Source of the DNA: Nanobdellota archaeon
GTDB taxonomy: Archaea; Nanobdellota; Nanobdellia; SCGC-AAA011-G17; JACPNG01
Length of the DNA: 32,604 nucleotides
Assembly: GCA_038046345.1 (NCBI GenBank)
Contig: JBBSWJ010000035.1
Coordinates: 1 to 32,604, forward strand
Direction: 5' to 3'
Position 1 is the first letter of the stretch. The number at the start of each line of letters is the position of its first letter. The position numbers were made by a program, and so were the translations under genes. The notes below the pieces were generated by a model. The model saw nothing but the letters and a program-made list of their open reading frames with translations, was not told the DNA's origin and did no database searches. This document shows positions 1 to 8,028 of the stretch, piece by piece.

Positions 1-99
1 GCATTATGTGCAATTTTGAAATTTGGAATGCTGGAAAGCCTTTTTTTATTCAGTAGCTTAATGAAAGAATATTTAAATACGTAAGTAGGACTATGAAAT

Positions 100-942
100 A
101 TGAGAAAAAATATTGAAGAAATTTTATCTTTTATTTCTGGCTATTTTGAAAAGAACGTAATTTGTGATGGACTCGTTCATTTTGGTTCTTCGGTTAAATC
201 AAATAAATTTAGGGATATTGATTTATTGTGCTATTTTAAGGAGCTTCAACTAATATCTCATTTTAATATTTTAAAGTCACTTTATTTTTTTAAAGAGAAA
301 TATCCGAATATTAATTTTTCTTATAATGAAATGGTTATAGGTAAATTAGTTAAAAATAAAGTAAACTTTTCATTTATATCATTTGGGAAAGGGATTAAAA
401 AATATTCTTCCTTGAGGTATAGTATTTCAAAGTCGTACCGTTGTTTATTTGGGGTCAACCCAATTAAAAATGCGAAAATGCCATCGAAAAAAGAATGTTT
501 AAAATACTCTGTAATGATATACAACATAAAGAGAAAATTTCCAAGGTTACAACTAAAATCATTTTTGAGTAATGCTCTGCTTGCGAGGAAAAAATATGTT
601 ACTAAAAAAGAATTAATTCAAAAATTTGAGAAAGAGTATAAAACAAAATTATCCAAAACTTTAAAAGATCTTTTTTATAAAGATAAGATAAAAAACTCAG
701 AGAAAATTTCTTTAGAATTAAAAAACTTACACCAATTTATATTAATGAAAAATAATTTTATAGATAACATAAATAAAAGAATTGAACTTTTAAACGATTC
801 TCCTATCGTTAAATTTAGAATTAAAGTTTTTAATAAAATGAACCAAATGATATCAAAAGACCCTAAAGAAAAAGTATTGAGTTATTTAGAGAAAAAACAA
901 AAAGAATATGAAAGACTTCAAGGTAAAGAAAAAAGGCTTTAA
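100..942 (+). CDS. Nucleotidyltransferase-domain (MNT/Pol-beta-like) protein, Lys-rich
   Basis: 280-aa ORF with N-terminal HFGSS...RDIDLL (GS...DxD) motif; the C-terminal helical part is unrecognised. Confidence 0.6.
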   Translation: MRKNIEEILSFISGYFEKNVICDGLVHFGSSVKSNKFRDIDLLCYFKELQLISHFNILKSLYFFKEKYPNINFSYNEMVIGKLVKNKVNFSFISFGKGIKKYSSLRYSISKSYRCLFGVNPIKNAKMPSKKECLKYSVMIYNIKRKFPRLQLKSFLSNALLARKKYVTKKELIQKFEKEYKTKLSKTLKDLFYKDKIKNSEKISLELKNLHQFILMKNNFIDNINKRIELLNDSPIVKFRIKVFNKMNQMISKDPKEKVLSYLEKKQKEYERLQGKEKRL

Positions 943-963
943 TTTATCTTATGAATTTCAAAA

Positions 964-1070
964 CTGTCGGTCGCTTCGCTCTCTCGTTCGCCTTGCAGAC
1001 TCACCATTTAACAGCGATTAAATCCAATAGCGATTGTAATTAATAGCCCACTCAGTCCGAGTCTTTACAA
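964..1070. other. GC-rich intergenic structured element (imperfect inverted repeat plus CGA-periodic tract)
   Basis: TTGCAGACTC (993-1002) is an imperfect inverted repeat of GAGTCTTTACAA (1059-1070); the minus strand carries GGCGAACGAGAGAGCGAAGCGACCGAC, which includes GCGAAGC. Confidence 0.35.
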
Positions 1071-1106
1071 TAAACTTTTAAACTTGCTTTAATCTCTCTT
1101 TTTATT

Positions 1107-1330
1107 ATGGATACTGGAAACAGTATGAAACAGCTCAAATAAAAAATTTTCGTAAAGTATGGGACACTGCGATGACATTCATCGTAGAAGAAGAAATACC
1201 TTTCAAACTCTCAAACACGGGAAGAACACCCAATCTCTCGCGCAATAAAATAATATCAATACTATTTAGTTTCGCACCAACCACAGCCCAACACAAACCT
1301 TTAAAAAGGTACCATACAAAATTTTGTTAA
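1107..1330 (+). pseudogene. Truncated, frameshifted gene remnant, possibly a transposase N-terminus
   Basis: ATG at 1107 follows a TATA-like AAACTTTTAAA; restoring one T at ~1112 gives MDYWKQYETAQIKNFRKVWDTAMTFIVEEEIPFKLSNTGRTPNLSRNKIISIL..., stop at 1328-1330; the transposase resemblance is from memory only. Confidence 0.35.
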
Positions 1331-1353
1331 ACCAATGATCAAATTGGGAGGTT
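1295..1353 (+). promoter_or_regulatory. BRE/TATA box and Shine-Dalgarno site of the rpl7ae operon
   Basis: AAACCTTTAAAAAG at 1295-1308; GGAGGT at 1347-1352, 8 nt before ATG 1361. Confidence 0.7.
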
Positions 1354-1360
1354 AATAACA

Positions 1361-1699
1361 ATGGAAACATCAAAAGAATTTATAGATAAAGCATTTGAAG
1401 TAATAGAAATAGCAAAAAATTCCGGAAAGATAAAAAAAGGGGTTAATGAAGTAACAAAGGTAATGGAAAAAGGTCTTGCAAAACTTGTTGTAATTGCAAA
1501 GGATGTAAATCCACCAGAAGTTACAATGCACATCGACCCGCTTGGTAAAGAAAAAGGTATCCCGGTAGTTACAGTACCAAGCAAGGAAGAACTTGGCAAC
1601 ACTGCAGGTCTTCAAAGACCAACAGCAGCAGTAGCAGTTATACAAGAAAGTACAGCAAAAGATCTAATCAAAGAGATAATAAAAGGTCTTAATAAATGA
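1361..1699 (+). CDS. rpl7ae: 50S ribosomal protein L7Ae
   Basis: GKIKKGVNEVTK, LVVIAKDVNPPEV and VPSKEELG motifs; first gene of the conserved archaeal L7Ae-S28e-L24e-ndk operon. Confidence 0.97.
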   Translation: METSKEFIDKAFEVIEIAKNSGKIKKGVNEVTKVMEKGLAKLVVIAKDVNPPEVTMHIDPLGKEKGIPVVTVPSKEELGNTAGLQRPTAAVAVIQESTAKDLIKEIIKGLNK

Positions 1700-1965
1700 C
1701 AAAACAAAACAAACAGTCTGATAAAAAAGAGCAAAAGGTTAGTAGTTTATTTACATACGCCACACCTGCGGTTGTAGAAGAGATTATAGGTAGAACTGGT
1801 ACAAGAGGTGAAATAATCCAAGTAAGATGCAGATTGCTAGACGGAAGAGATAAAAATAAAATACTAAGAAGAAACATAAAAGGCGCAGTAAGATTAAAAG
1901 ATATAATTATGTTACGGGAAACTGAAATAGAAGCAAGGAAACTAACACTAACAAGAAAAGGATAA
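1696..1965 (+). CDS. rps28e: 30S ribosomal protein S28e
   Basis: PAVVEEIIGRTGTRGEIIQVRCRLL...RRNIKGAVRLKDII; ATGA-type overlap with rpl7ae. Confidence 0.96.
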   Translation: MTKQNKQSDKKEQKVSSLFTYATPAVVEEIIGRTGTRGEIIQVRCRLLDGRDKNKILRRNIKGAVRLKDIIMLRETEIEARKLTLTRKG

Positions 1966-1968
1966 ACA

Positions 1969-2181
1969 ATGGCTAAATGCACATTCTGCGGAGAAACATT
2001 AACAACTGGCACTGGGAAAATGTATGTAAAAAAAGATGGAAAGGTCTTATATTTTGATAAGAGCAAATGCCAAAAGAATATGTTAAACCTAAACAGAAAA
2101 CCAAGAGAAGTGAGATGGACTGAAGAGGGGCGTATTGCTAAAAAATTAATATTAGCCTCCATTAAAACAAAAAAACAATGA
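1969..2181 (+). CDS. rpl24e: 50S ribosomal protein L24e
   Basis: CTFCG...GTGKMYVKKDGKVLYF..SKC.KN...RKPREVRWT. Confidence 0.96.
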   Translation: MAKCTFCGETLTTGTGKMYVKKDGKVLYFDKSKCQKNMLNLNRKPREVRWTEEGRIAKKLILASIKTKKQ

Positions 2182-2735
2182 TTGAGCAAACACTTGTTTT
2201 GATAAAACCGGACGGAGTTCAGCGTTCATTAGTAGGGCGTATAATAACAAAGTTTGAAGATACTGGTCTAAAACTGATTGGAATAAAGATGGTTTTGTTA
2301 AGTAAAGAAGACGCTGCCAAACATTATACTAATGATTTAATTCCTGTACTTGGTGGAAAAACAAAAAAGGATTGGGACAAAGCAAAAATAAAATATTCTG
2401 AAACAGAAGAAGAAATAGGAAGAATGGTAATATCTGGTTTAAGGGATTTTATTAGCTCAGCTCCAGTTATTGCAATAGCGGTCGAGGGGGTTCACGCAGT
2501 AGAAAACGTAAGAAAGATTATCGGAGCAACTGGTCCTCGCGATGCCGCCCCTGGAACAATAAGGGGAGATTTTGCTCATTTAGGATTAGGATATGCAAGC
2601 ACTAAAAAAGTTGCTGCAAGAAATATAATCCACGCATCTGGGAGTAATGAAGAAGCAAGAAGGGAGATGAAGTTATACTTCAAAGAAAAAGAGTTGTATG
2701 CCTATAAAACAGTGCATGATGAACACGTGCTATAA
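2178..2735 (+). CDS. ndk: Nucleoside diphosphate kinase with an insertion in the head region
   Basis: TLVLIKPDGVQR, GATGP..A.PGTIRGDF and NIIHAS (catalytic His) motifs. Confidence 0.95.
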   Translation: MIEQTLVLIKPDGVQRSLVGRIITKFEDTGLKLIGIKMVLLSKEDAAKHYTNDLIPVLGGKTKKDWDKAKIKYSETEEEIGRMVISGLRDFISSAPVIAIAVEGVHAVENVRKIIGATGPRDAAPGTIRGDFAHLGLGYASTKKVAARNIIHASGSNEEARREMKLYFKEKELYAYKTVHDEHVL

Positions 2736-3183
2736 TGTTAAAAATAAAATTATACCATCCATACTAGCTAGAGCAGTAGTTATTGGGTTGCTTACATTAC
2801 CTGCTCAAGCATCTGATATAAGTGTAACAGGGCATGATGGATATTTTGAAGTAAATATAACTAAAGATAGCTCAAAACCAGAGATTAGAAAATTTACTAT
2901 GCTCAGTGATTCATCACTTTATCTTGAAGCAGTTGATGTAGATGGTGATATCAGTCATTTTTTTGTTGAACAATATGATAGTGAAGATTGTGACTCCATT
3001 GAAAGAAGGGTTGGATTTAAACAATACCAGGGTCTTATCAAAAAAATTGAAGAAAGAATACCAGTACCCACCAACAAACTTAATCCTGGTACCACAAAAA
3101 AAAGTTTTAGGGCAATTGTTTATGATACTAATAGCTCATCAAAGTCTGAATGTATGAATGTTACATATGAAATATCAGATTAA
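2698..3183 (+). CDS. Hypothetical secreted/surface protein (start uncertain)
   Basis: Signal-peptide-like KNKIIPSILARAVVIGLLTLPAQA followed by a beta-rich polar domain; the in-frame ATGs lie inside ndk. Confidence 0.6.
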   Translation: MPIKQCMMNTCYNVKNKIIPSILARAVVIGLLTLPAQASDISVTGHDGYFEVNITKDSSKPEIRKFTMLSDSSLYLEAVDVDGDISHFFVEQYDSEDCDSIERRVGFKQYQGLIKKIEERIPVPTNKLNPGTTKKSFRAIVYDTNSSSKSECMNVTYEISD

Positions 3184-3184
3184 A

Positions 3185-3892
3185 TTAATACTTCAATGTT
3201 ATAACTGCCTTCTGAACAATTTTAGCTTCGTCCACAACTAAATGTCCAGCAAATTGTGATTCTATTTCTTTATGAGAGGATATAATTTCAAGTTCTTTAT
3301 TATTAAAGCATGGGCTGCCTATAACTAAAGTATCAAAGTAACCACCTTCGCCTAATAGATTAAACCCGTATTTTTCGGATAACCATTTAAGTTTTTCAAA
3401 ATTCTCAAAAGTAATCTCCCTGCCTAACCATTCCGATGTTAAACCCTCAGTAGCATATTGAGTGATAACAATTTTAAAACCAGCTTCCAACATTTTTTTC
3501 ATGGATTCTTCCTCAGAAAGCCCCGCATGTGAAGCAAAAACTTCTATGTTTAAATCTTTTAATGCCTCGCGAATACTTCTGATTTGAGTTTCTTGTAGCC
3601 CAATACCGCCAAGAATTAAAGCATTTATATCTTCTTCTCTTTCCACAACTTTTCTAACTATCTCTGCTTCAAGCTTTGGGTCAGCAACAGTGCAGTGAGT
3701 AAGCACATGTCTAACATTAATCATCTTTGCAAGCTTTTGTGTGTGCTCGACAGTTGCAAAATGAAATAAGAAACAATCAGTTCTATTTGGCTTAACAGAT
3801 AATAAATAACGTATATCCCATCCTTTTTGTTGTGCATCATACAGTGCAAAGTTTGAGTCCTTACCACCTGAATATAAAATAGCTACTTTCAT
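3185..3892 (-). CDS. Diphthine--ammonia ligase (Dph6)/PP-loop ATP pyrophosphatase family protein
   Basis: MKVAILYSGGKDS PP-loop and GEGGYFDT motif; alternative upstream start at 3910. Confidence 0.88.
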   Translation of the reverse strand: MKVAILYSGGKDSNFALYDAQQKGWDIRYLLSVKPNRTDCFLFHFATVEHTQKLAKMINVRHVLTHCTVADPKLEAEIVRKVVEREEDINALILGGIGLQETQIRSIREALKDLNIEVFASHAGLSEEESMKKMLEAGFKIVITQYATEGLTSEWLGREITFENFEKLKWLSEKYGFNLLGEGGYFDTLVIGSPCFNNKELEIISSHKEIESQFAGHLVVDEAKIVQKAVITLKY

Positions 3893-4022
3893 GGTAATCG
3901 CTATAAACATGATAATTTATAAATCTTTTTGAAAATCTTCAGGACTTAAGATCATAGCAGAAAAGTTATAGTCTCTTTTATCCTTTGGAGAAACAGATTC
4001 AATTCTAGCTGCATAACCAATT

Positions 4023-4301
4023 TTATCTTCCGTAAATGTTATCGTGATGATTGTAGTCTAAAAAGGATATAAAATCACTTGCTTTGTCATAGCTAAACAC
4101 AAGAACAAAATGAGAAGCAATATGAACACGTTTCTCAAATTTAAGGTCATATTTCAAATTCTTATAATGCTCTATCTCGGCGGAAGATGCTTTAATTATC
4201 TCCTCAACTTTATTCATAACGGCTTCATAAGCAACCTTGTCTTTCTTAGAGAGCTTATTAAGAATCTTCAGGAGATGAGGCTTAATCTCATAATTACGCA
4301 T
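4023..4301 (-). CDS. Type II toxin, RelE/ParE superfamily (YafQ-like)
   Basis: 92 aa; YKNLKYDLK..KRVHI.SHFVLVF...DYNHHDNIY; overlaps the upstream antitoxin by 8 nt. Confidence 0.85.
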   Translation of the reverse strand: MRNYEIKPHLLKILNKLSKKDKVAYEAVMNKVEEIIKASSAEIEHYKNLKYDLKFEKRVHIASHFVLVFSYDKASDFISFLDYNHHDNIYGR

Positions 4302-4536
4302 TCTCTATATGTTTCCTAAATTCAGCCATACTCTTGAATTGTACACCTTTTTGCTTCTTGATTTTGTCCAATTTCTCAGCATATTCGGGTCTCAAAGCAG
4401 GTTCAAGCATTTCCATTTCGAACTTATCTATGACAAATTTAACAGCATCGGATTTGTTCTTAAGACCGTATTTTCCTTTTACAATAGTCAATACTCTGTC
4501 TTCGTGTTCTTCAAGCTTGACTAACATTTGTGTCAT
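4294..4536 (-). CDS. Antitoxin, DUF2683-like (ribbon-helix-helix type)
   Basis: 80 aa; LTIVKGKYGLKNKSDAV...EPALRPEYAEKL; lies directly upstream of the toxin. Confidence 0.8.
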   Translation of the reverse strand: MTQMLVKLEEHEDRVLTIVKGKYGLKNKSDAVKFVIDKFEMEMLEPALRPEYAEKLDKIKKQKGVQFKSMAEFRKHIENA

Positions 4537-4832
4537 TTTTAGCCCCCGTATTATATTTTATAATATAATATAACATATTACTATATAAACCTTCCGCCCA
4601 AAAAATTACTTAAATATCTCTGATTGAAGCCTTGTCCATTTAATCTGATACATGTCCATTTTAACTAACACGTCTCCATTCTACTTTATAATCCTCCTAT
4701 GCCCTTAACTTGTTTTCCATGCCATGAATTCCTTTTTGAACACTAACTCGTCATTAAACAAAGGAAGATACCACATAAACTTAGATGAATCTTATAAAAA
4801 CACTTTTAAGATAAAAGAGTATTCTATAAATT

Positions 4833-6530
4833 ATGAAAAACAAGGAATTTGCTGAACTATTAGAAGAAGCTGCAGATTTACTTGAGATTAAGAACATTCC
4901 ATGGAAGCCTCAAGCATATAGAAAAGCAGCAAGGACCATACAGGGCTTATCGGAGGACATTGAAAAAATATACAAAGAAAAAGGTAAAAATGGTTTGGAT
5001 GATATCCCATCAATAGGCCCGGGGATAACAGCGCACATAATAGAGTTCTTACAAAAAGGTAAAGTACAGAAATTCTTAGAGTTAAAACAATCAGTACCAA
5101 AAGATCTGCGTAAAATGATTAGCATACCATCTTTAGGTCCGAAAAGAGTAGCAAAACTTTACAAGAATCTTCATATACGAACAATAAAGCAGCTAGAAAC
5201 TGCAGCAAAAAATGGGCAAATAGCAAAGTTAGAAGGTTTCGGAAAAAAATTGCAAGAAGAAATTAAAGATGGCATACAAATAGTTAGTCAAGAGATAAAT
5301 CAAACGCCAATCGGTATTGCATTACCAATAGCTGAAAGATTAAAAGAATTATTAGTACCATATGCTAAAAAAATTGAGATTGCAGGATCAATACGGAGGA
5401 TGAATGAAACAGTGAAGGACATAGATCTTCTTATTACCTCAAAAAAACCAAATAAAGTTATAGAAGTTTTTACAAATTTACCAGAAGTAACTAAGGTAGT
5501 CAACGCTGGTAATACCAAAGCATCGGTAAGATTAAAGCAAGGAATAAACTGTGATGTAAGAATTGTGCCTTCAAAGAGTTTTGGAGCAGCATTAGTTTAT
5601 TTTACCGGAAGTAAAGATCATAATATTAAACTAAGGCAGATTGCTATAAAGCAGGGAAAGAAACTGTCAGAGTATGGATTATTTAAGAACAACAAATATA
5701 TCGTGGGTAAAACTGAAAAAGAAGTTTATACACATCTAAGTTTACCTTATTTCCCGCCAGAGATCAGAGAGGATAACGGTGAGTTTAATCTTAAAATACC
5801 AAGCTTAGTAGAACTACGAGACATAAAAGGCGACTGCCATATGCATACAACATGGAGTGATGGATTAAGCTCAAGTGAAGATATGATAAAAGCAGCCACT
5901 AAGCATAATTATGAGTACATTGCAATAACAGATCATTCAAGATCGTTAAAGATCGCAAATGGTTTGAGTATAGATAGATTAAGAAACAGAAACAAAGAAT
6001 TATGCAGATTACAGAAGAAATATTCGATAAAGATACTAAATGGAGCAGAAGTAGACATACTATCAAATGGAAAATTAGACTATCCAAATAGCCTGTTAAA
6101 AGAATTAGATTTCGTGATTGGTTCGATACATTCATCGTTTAAAGATTCAAAGAAAGTTATGACCGATAGAATAGTCAAAGCTATTGATTCTGGTGGTATA
6201 CATTGCGTAGGTCACTTAACTGGCAGATTAATAAATATAAGAAAACCATACGATCTTGATTTTAATGATATACTTGATCATGCAAAGAAAAATAATGTAG
6301 CATTAGAAATTAATAGTCAACCATCAAGGCTGGATCTACGGGCAGAGTACATAAGAGAAGCCATAAAGAATAATGTAAAATTAATAATAAACTCAGACTC
6401 ACATAATATTAATCAATTAGAATCTATAAAATATGGTATTGGGCAAGCAAGGAAAGGATGGGCAAAAAAAATAGACGTGTTAAACACATTACCTTTAAAA
6501 AAGTTTGATCACTTTCTAAAGCATAATTAG
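4833..6530 (+). CDS. polX: DNA polymerase X / PHP-domain 3'-5' exonuclease
   Basis: AYRKAA, HhH repeats, AGSIRR..ETVKDIDLL, CDVR and YFTGSKDHN; PHP motifs DCHMHT.WSDG, TDHS, E, H and NSDSH. Confidence 0.95.
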   Translation: MKNKEFAELLEEAADLLEIKNIPWKPQAYRKAARTIQGLSEDIEKIYKEKGKNGLDDIPSIGPGITAHIIEFLQKGKVQKFLELKQSVPKDLRKMISIPSLGPKRVAKLYKNLHIRTIKQLETAAKNGQIAKLEGFGKKLQEEIKDGIQIVSQEINQTPIGIALPIAERLKELLVPYAKKIEIAGSIRRMNETVKDIDLLITSKKPNKVIEVFTNLPEVTKVVNAGNTKASVRLKQGINCDVRIVPSKSFGAALVYFTGSKDHNIKLRQIAIKQGKKLSEYGLFKNNKYIVGKTEKEVYTHLSLPYFPPEIREDNGEFNLKIPSLVELRDIKGDCHMHTTWSDGLSSSEDMIKAATKHNYEYIAITDHSRSLKIANGLSIDRLRNRNKELCRLQKKYSIKILNGAEVDILSNGKLDYPNSLLKELDFVIGSIHSSFKDSKKVMTDRIVKAIDSGGIHCVGHLTGRLINIRKPYDLDFNDILDHAKKNNVALEINSQPSRLDLRAEYIREAIKNNVKLIINSDSHNINQLESIKYGIGQARKGWAKKIDVLNTLPLKKFDHFLKHN

Positions 6531-7051
6531 TGTTTTATGTATAAGTTGTCTATACTTTGTATTGGTTTTCCACAACTATCTATCCCCGTGGTGGTAGTTT
6601 TTTGAATGAAATCAAAACCAGCTTCGCGAATCATTTGGTCTAGTCCACAAGGATTATAATGTGCAGTAAACAATAAACCATCTGAGTGATACGGAGCTAA
6701 TTGTGAACTACTACCAAGCCCCATGGGCAAATTTATTCCTAAAACTCCTTCCTTATCCAGAATATCATAAACTCGCTTTAATACTTTTGATAAATCACCC
6801 CGGGTTAGGTGGGATAAATATTCAGCCCACACACCGGATACACTTTCACTTTTAATCCACGCTAATTGTGATAAATCATGTTTAGCAGGGTTACATAAAT
6901 CAATCTGGATAGATCGATCTCTCAGGAGTAAATTACTTGAAGAAACACATATTAGCTCCAAAATAATTCCATCTTTAACATGTTCAAGGAAATTATCTGT
7001 AAAGAAATTCATTATCCTTCTATTTGTATATCTTTGTAATGTTGTAGTCAT
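6527..7051 (-). CDS. Class I SAM-dependent methyltransferase-like protein with degenerate motif I
   Basis: ILELICVSS in place of LDLGCGxG; SESVSGVW...SHL...LSKVLKRVYDILDKEGVL matches downstream MTase motifs. Confidence 0.55.
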   Translation of the reverse strand: MTTTLQRYTNRRIMNFFTDNFLEHVKDGIILELICVSSSNLLLRDRSIQIDLCNPAKHDLSQLAWIKSESVSGVWAEYLSHLTRGDLSKVLKRVYDILDKEGVLGINLPMGLGSSSQLAPYHSDGLLFTAHYNPCGLDQMIREAGFDFIQKTTTTGIDSCGKPIQSIDNLYIKH

Positions 7052-7110
7052 GTATAATCAAAAAAATATTTCGTCTCTTTATAAAAATAACCACAGAATT
7101 ACTAAAGTTA

Positions 7111-7920
7111 TCACTTTATTTTTTTTATTGCTAAACAACCATTAAAATAAAATATTTGAGCAAATGTCATAAATACTGGTAATGTTACTACACTAAAAAC
7201 GGAAGACAAAACAGTTATAACAATGTTAGGTTGATAACCTTTCAAGATTAATAGCTCAACCCCCATTACAGGTACTAGCCCAACAACAGCTATAATTAAA
7301 AGAATCATTCCAATTAATAAAATATCGACTACGTGACCTTTAGATTTGGAACAGCTATCTTTTAATGAATCAATTGCTTTTCTATCGTCTAAAAACATAA
7401 TTGGTATCGCAAGAGAGAATTTCAAGTATAATAATAAAAACATAGGTATAACAACAACAGGGAATATCACTAGCCAATAAACAAGTATAGACGAATAATC
7501 ATTGATTGTTAGAGAACCAGCACCACTAACAGATATAATCATAATCATTAATAATGTTAATATCAATGCAGTAATCATCATTAATACCATTACCGCTATG
7601 CCTATAAGCACACTCAAACCTAAATATCTCCAAAAAAAATGGTTTGTTTGCTTTAATATCATTGACTTATTTTTTAGTTTCCTTTGTATTGCCATTGAAA
7701 TAACTGTAAACATCATTACCACGAGGTATAGACTGACAAAAATAACTAATAGGTTAAGTAAAAAAAATTCAATATTTTTATCCCGTATCAACAGATTTTG
7801 TGCTGGTAATAAATCTGGGATTAAGCTAACAAGACCAATAACAAAAGCAATAATCCAAATAAGTTTTTCTTTTCTTAGAATATTATAGCTATCCTTAATC
7901 AACTCGCTTACATTGATCAC
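7111..7920 (-). CDS. Multi-pass integral membrane protein
   Basis: About 6 hydrophobic segments; FWRYLG and DSLKDS..KSKGH pattern; GTG start. Confidence 0.8.
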   Translation of the reverse strand: MINVSELIKDSYNILRKEKLIWIIAFVIGLVSLIPDLLPAQNLLIRDKNIEFFLLNLLVIFVSLYLVVMMFTVISMAIQRKLKNKSMILKQTNHFFWRYLGLSVLIGIAVMVLMMITALILTLLMIMIISVSGAGSLTINDYSSILVYWLVIFPVVVIPMFLLLYLKFSLAIPIMFLDDRKAIDSLKDSCSKSKGHVVDILLIGMILLIIAVVGLVPVMGVELLILKGYQPNIVITVLSSVFSVVTLPVFMTFAQIFYFNGCLAIKKIK

Positions 7921-8028
7921 ACAGTCAATAACACAAGCTAATATTTAAGTTTATTGTTATAAAACTACTGTTAGGATAACAAAATACTTAAAAAATAAAA
8001 TAAACACTCAATAAACTAAGGTACTACA

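Noticed and set aside
1-70. Possible minus-strand reading frame running off the window start (IKLLNKKRLSSIPNFKIAHN)
   Set aside because: No clear start codon and too short to support a call.
4631-4682. Three ~20-nt-spaced TGTCCATT/TCTCCATT motifs that resemble a mini repeat array
   Set aside because: The repeat unit is only ~8 nt and degenerate, with no spacer architecture or cas genes, so it is not CRISPR. At most it is a binding-site array or chance.
7502-7888. 128-aa plus-strand Ile/Asn-rich ORF
   Set aside because: It is the antisense shadow of the hydrophobic membrane-protein gene 7111-7920.
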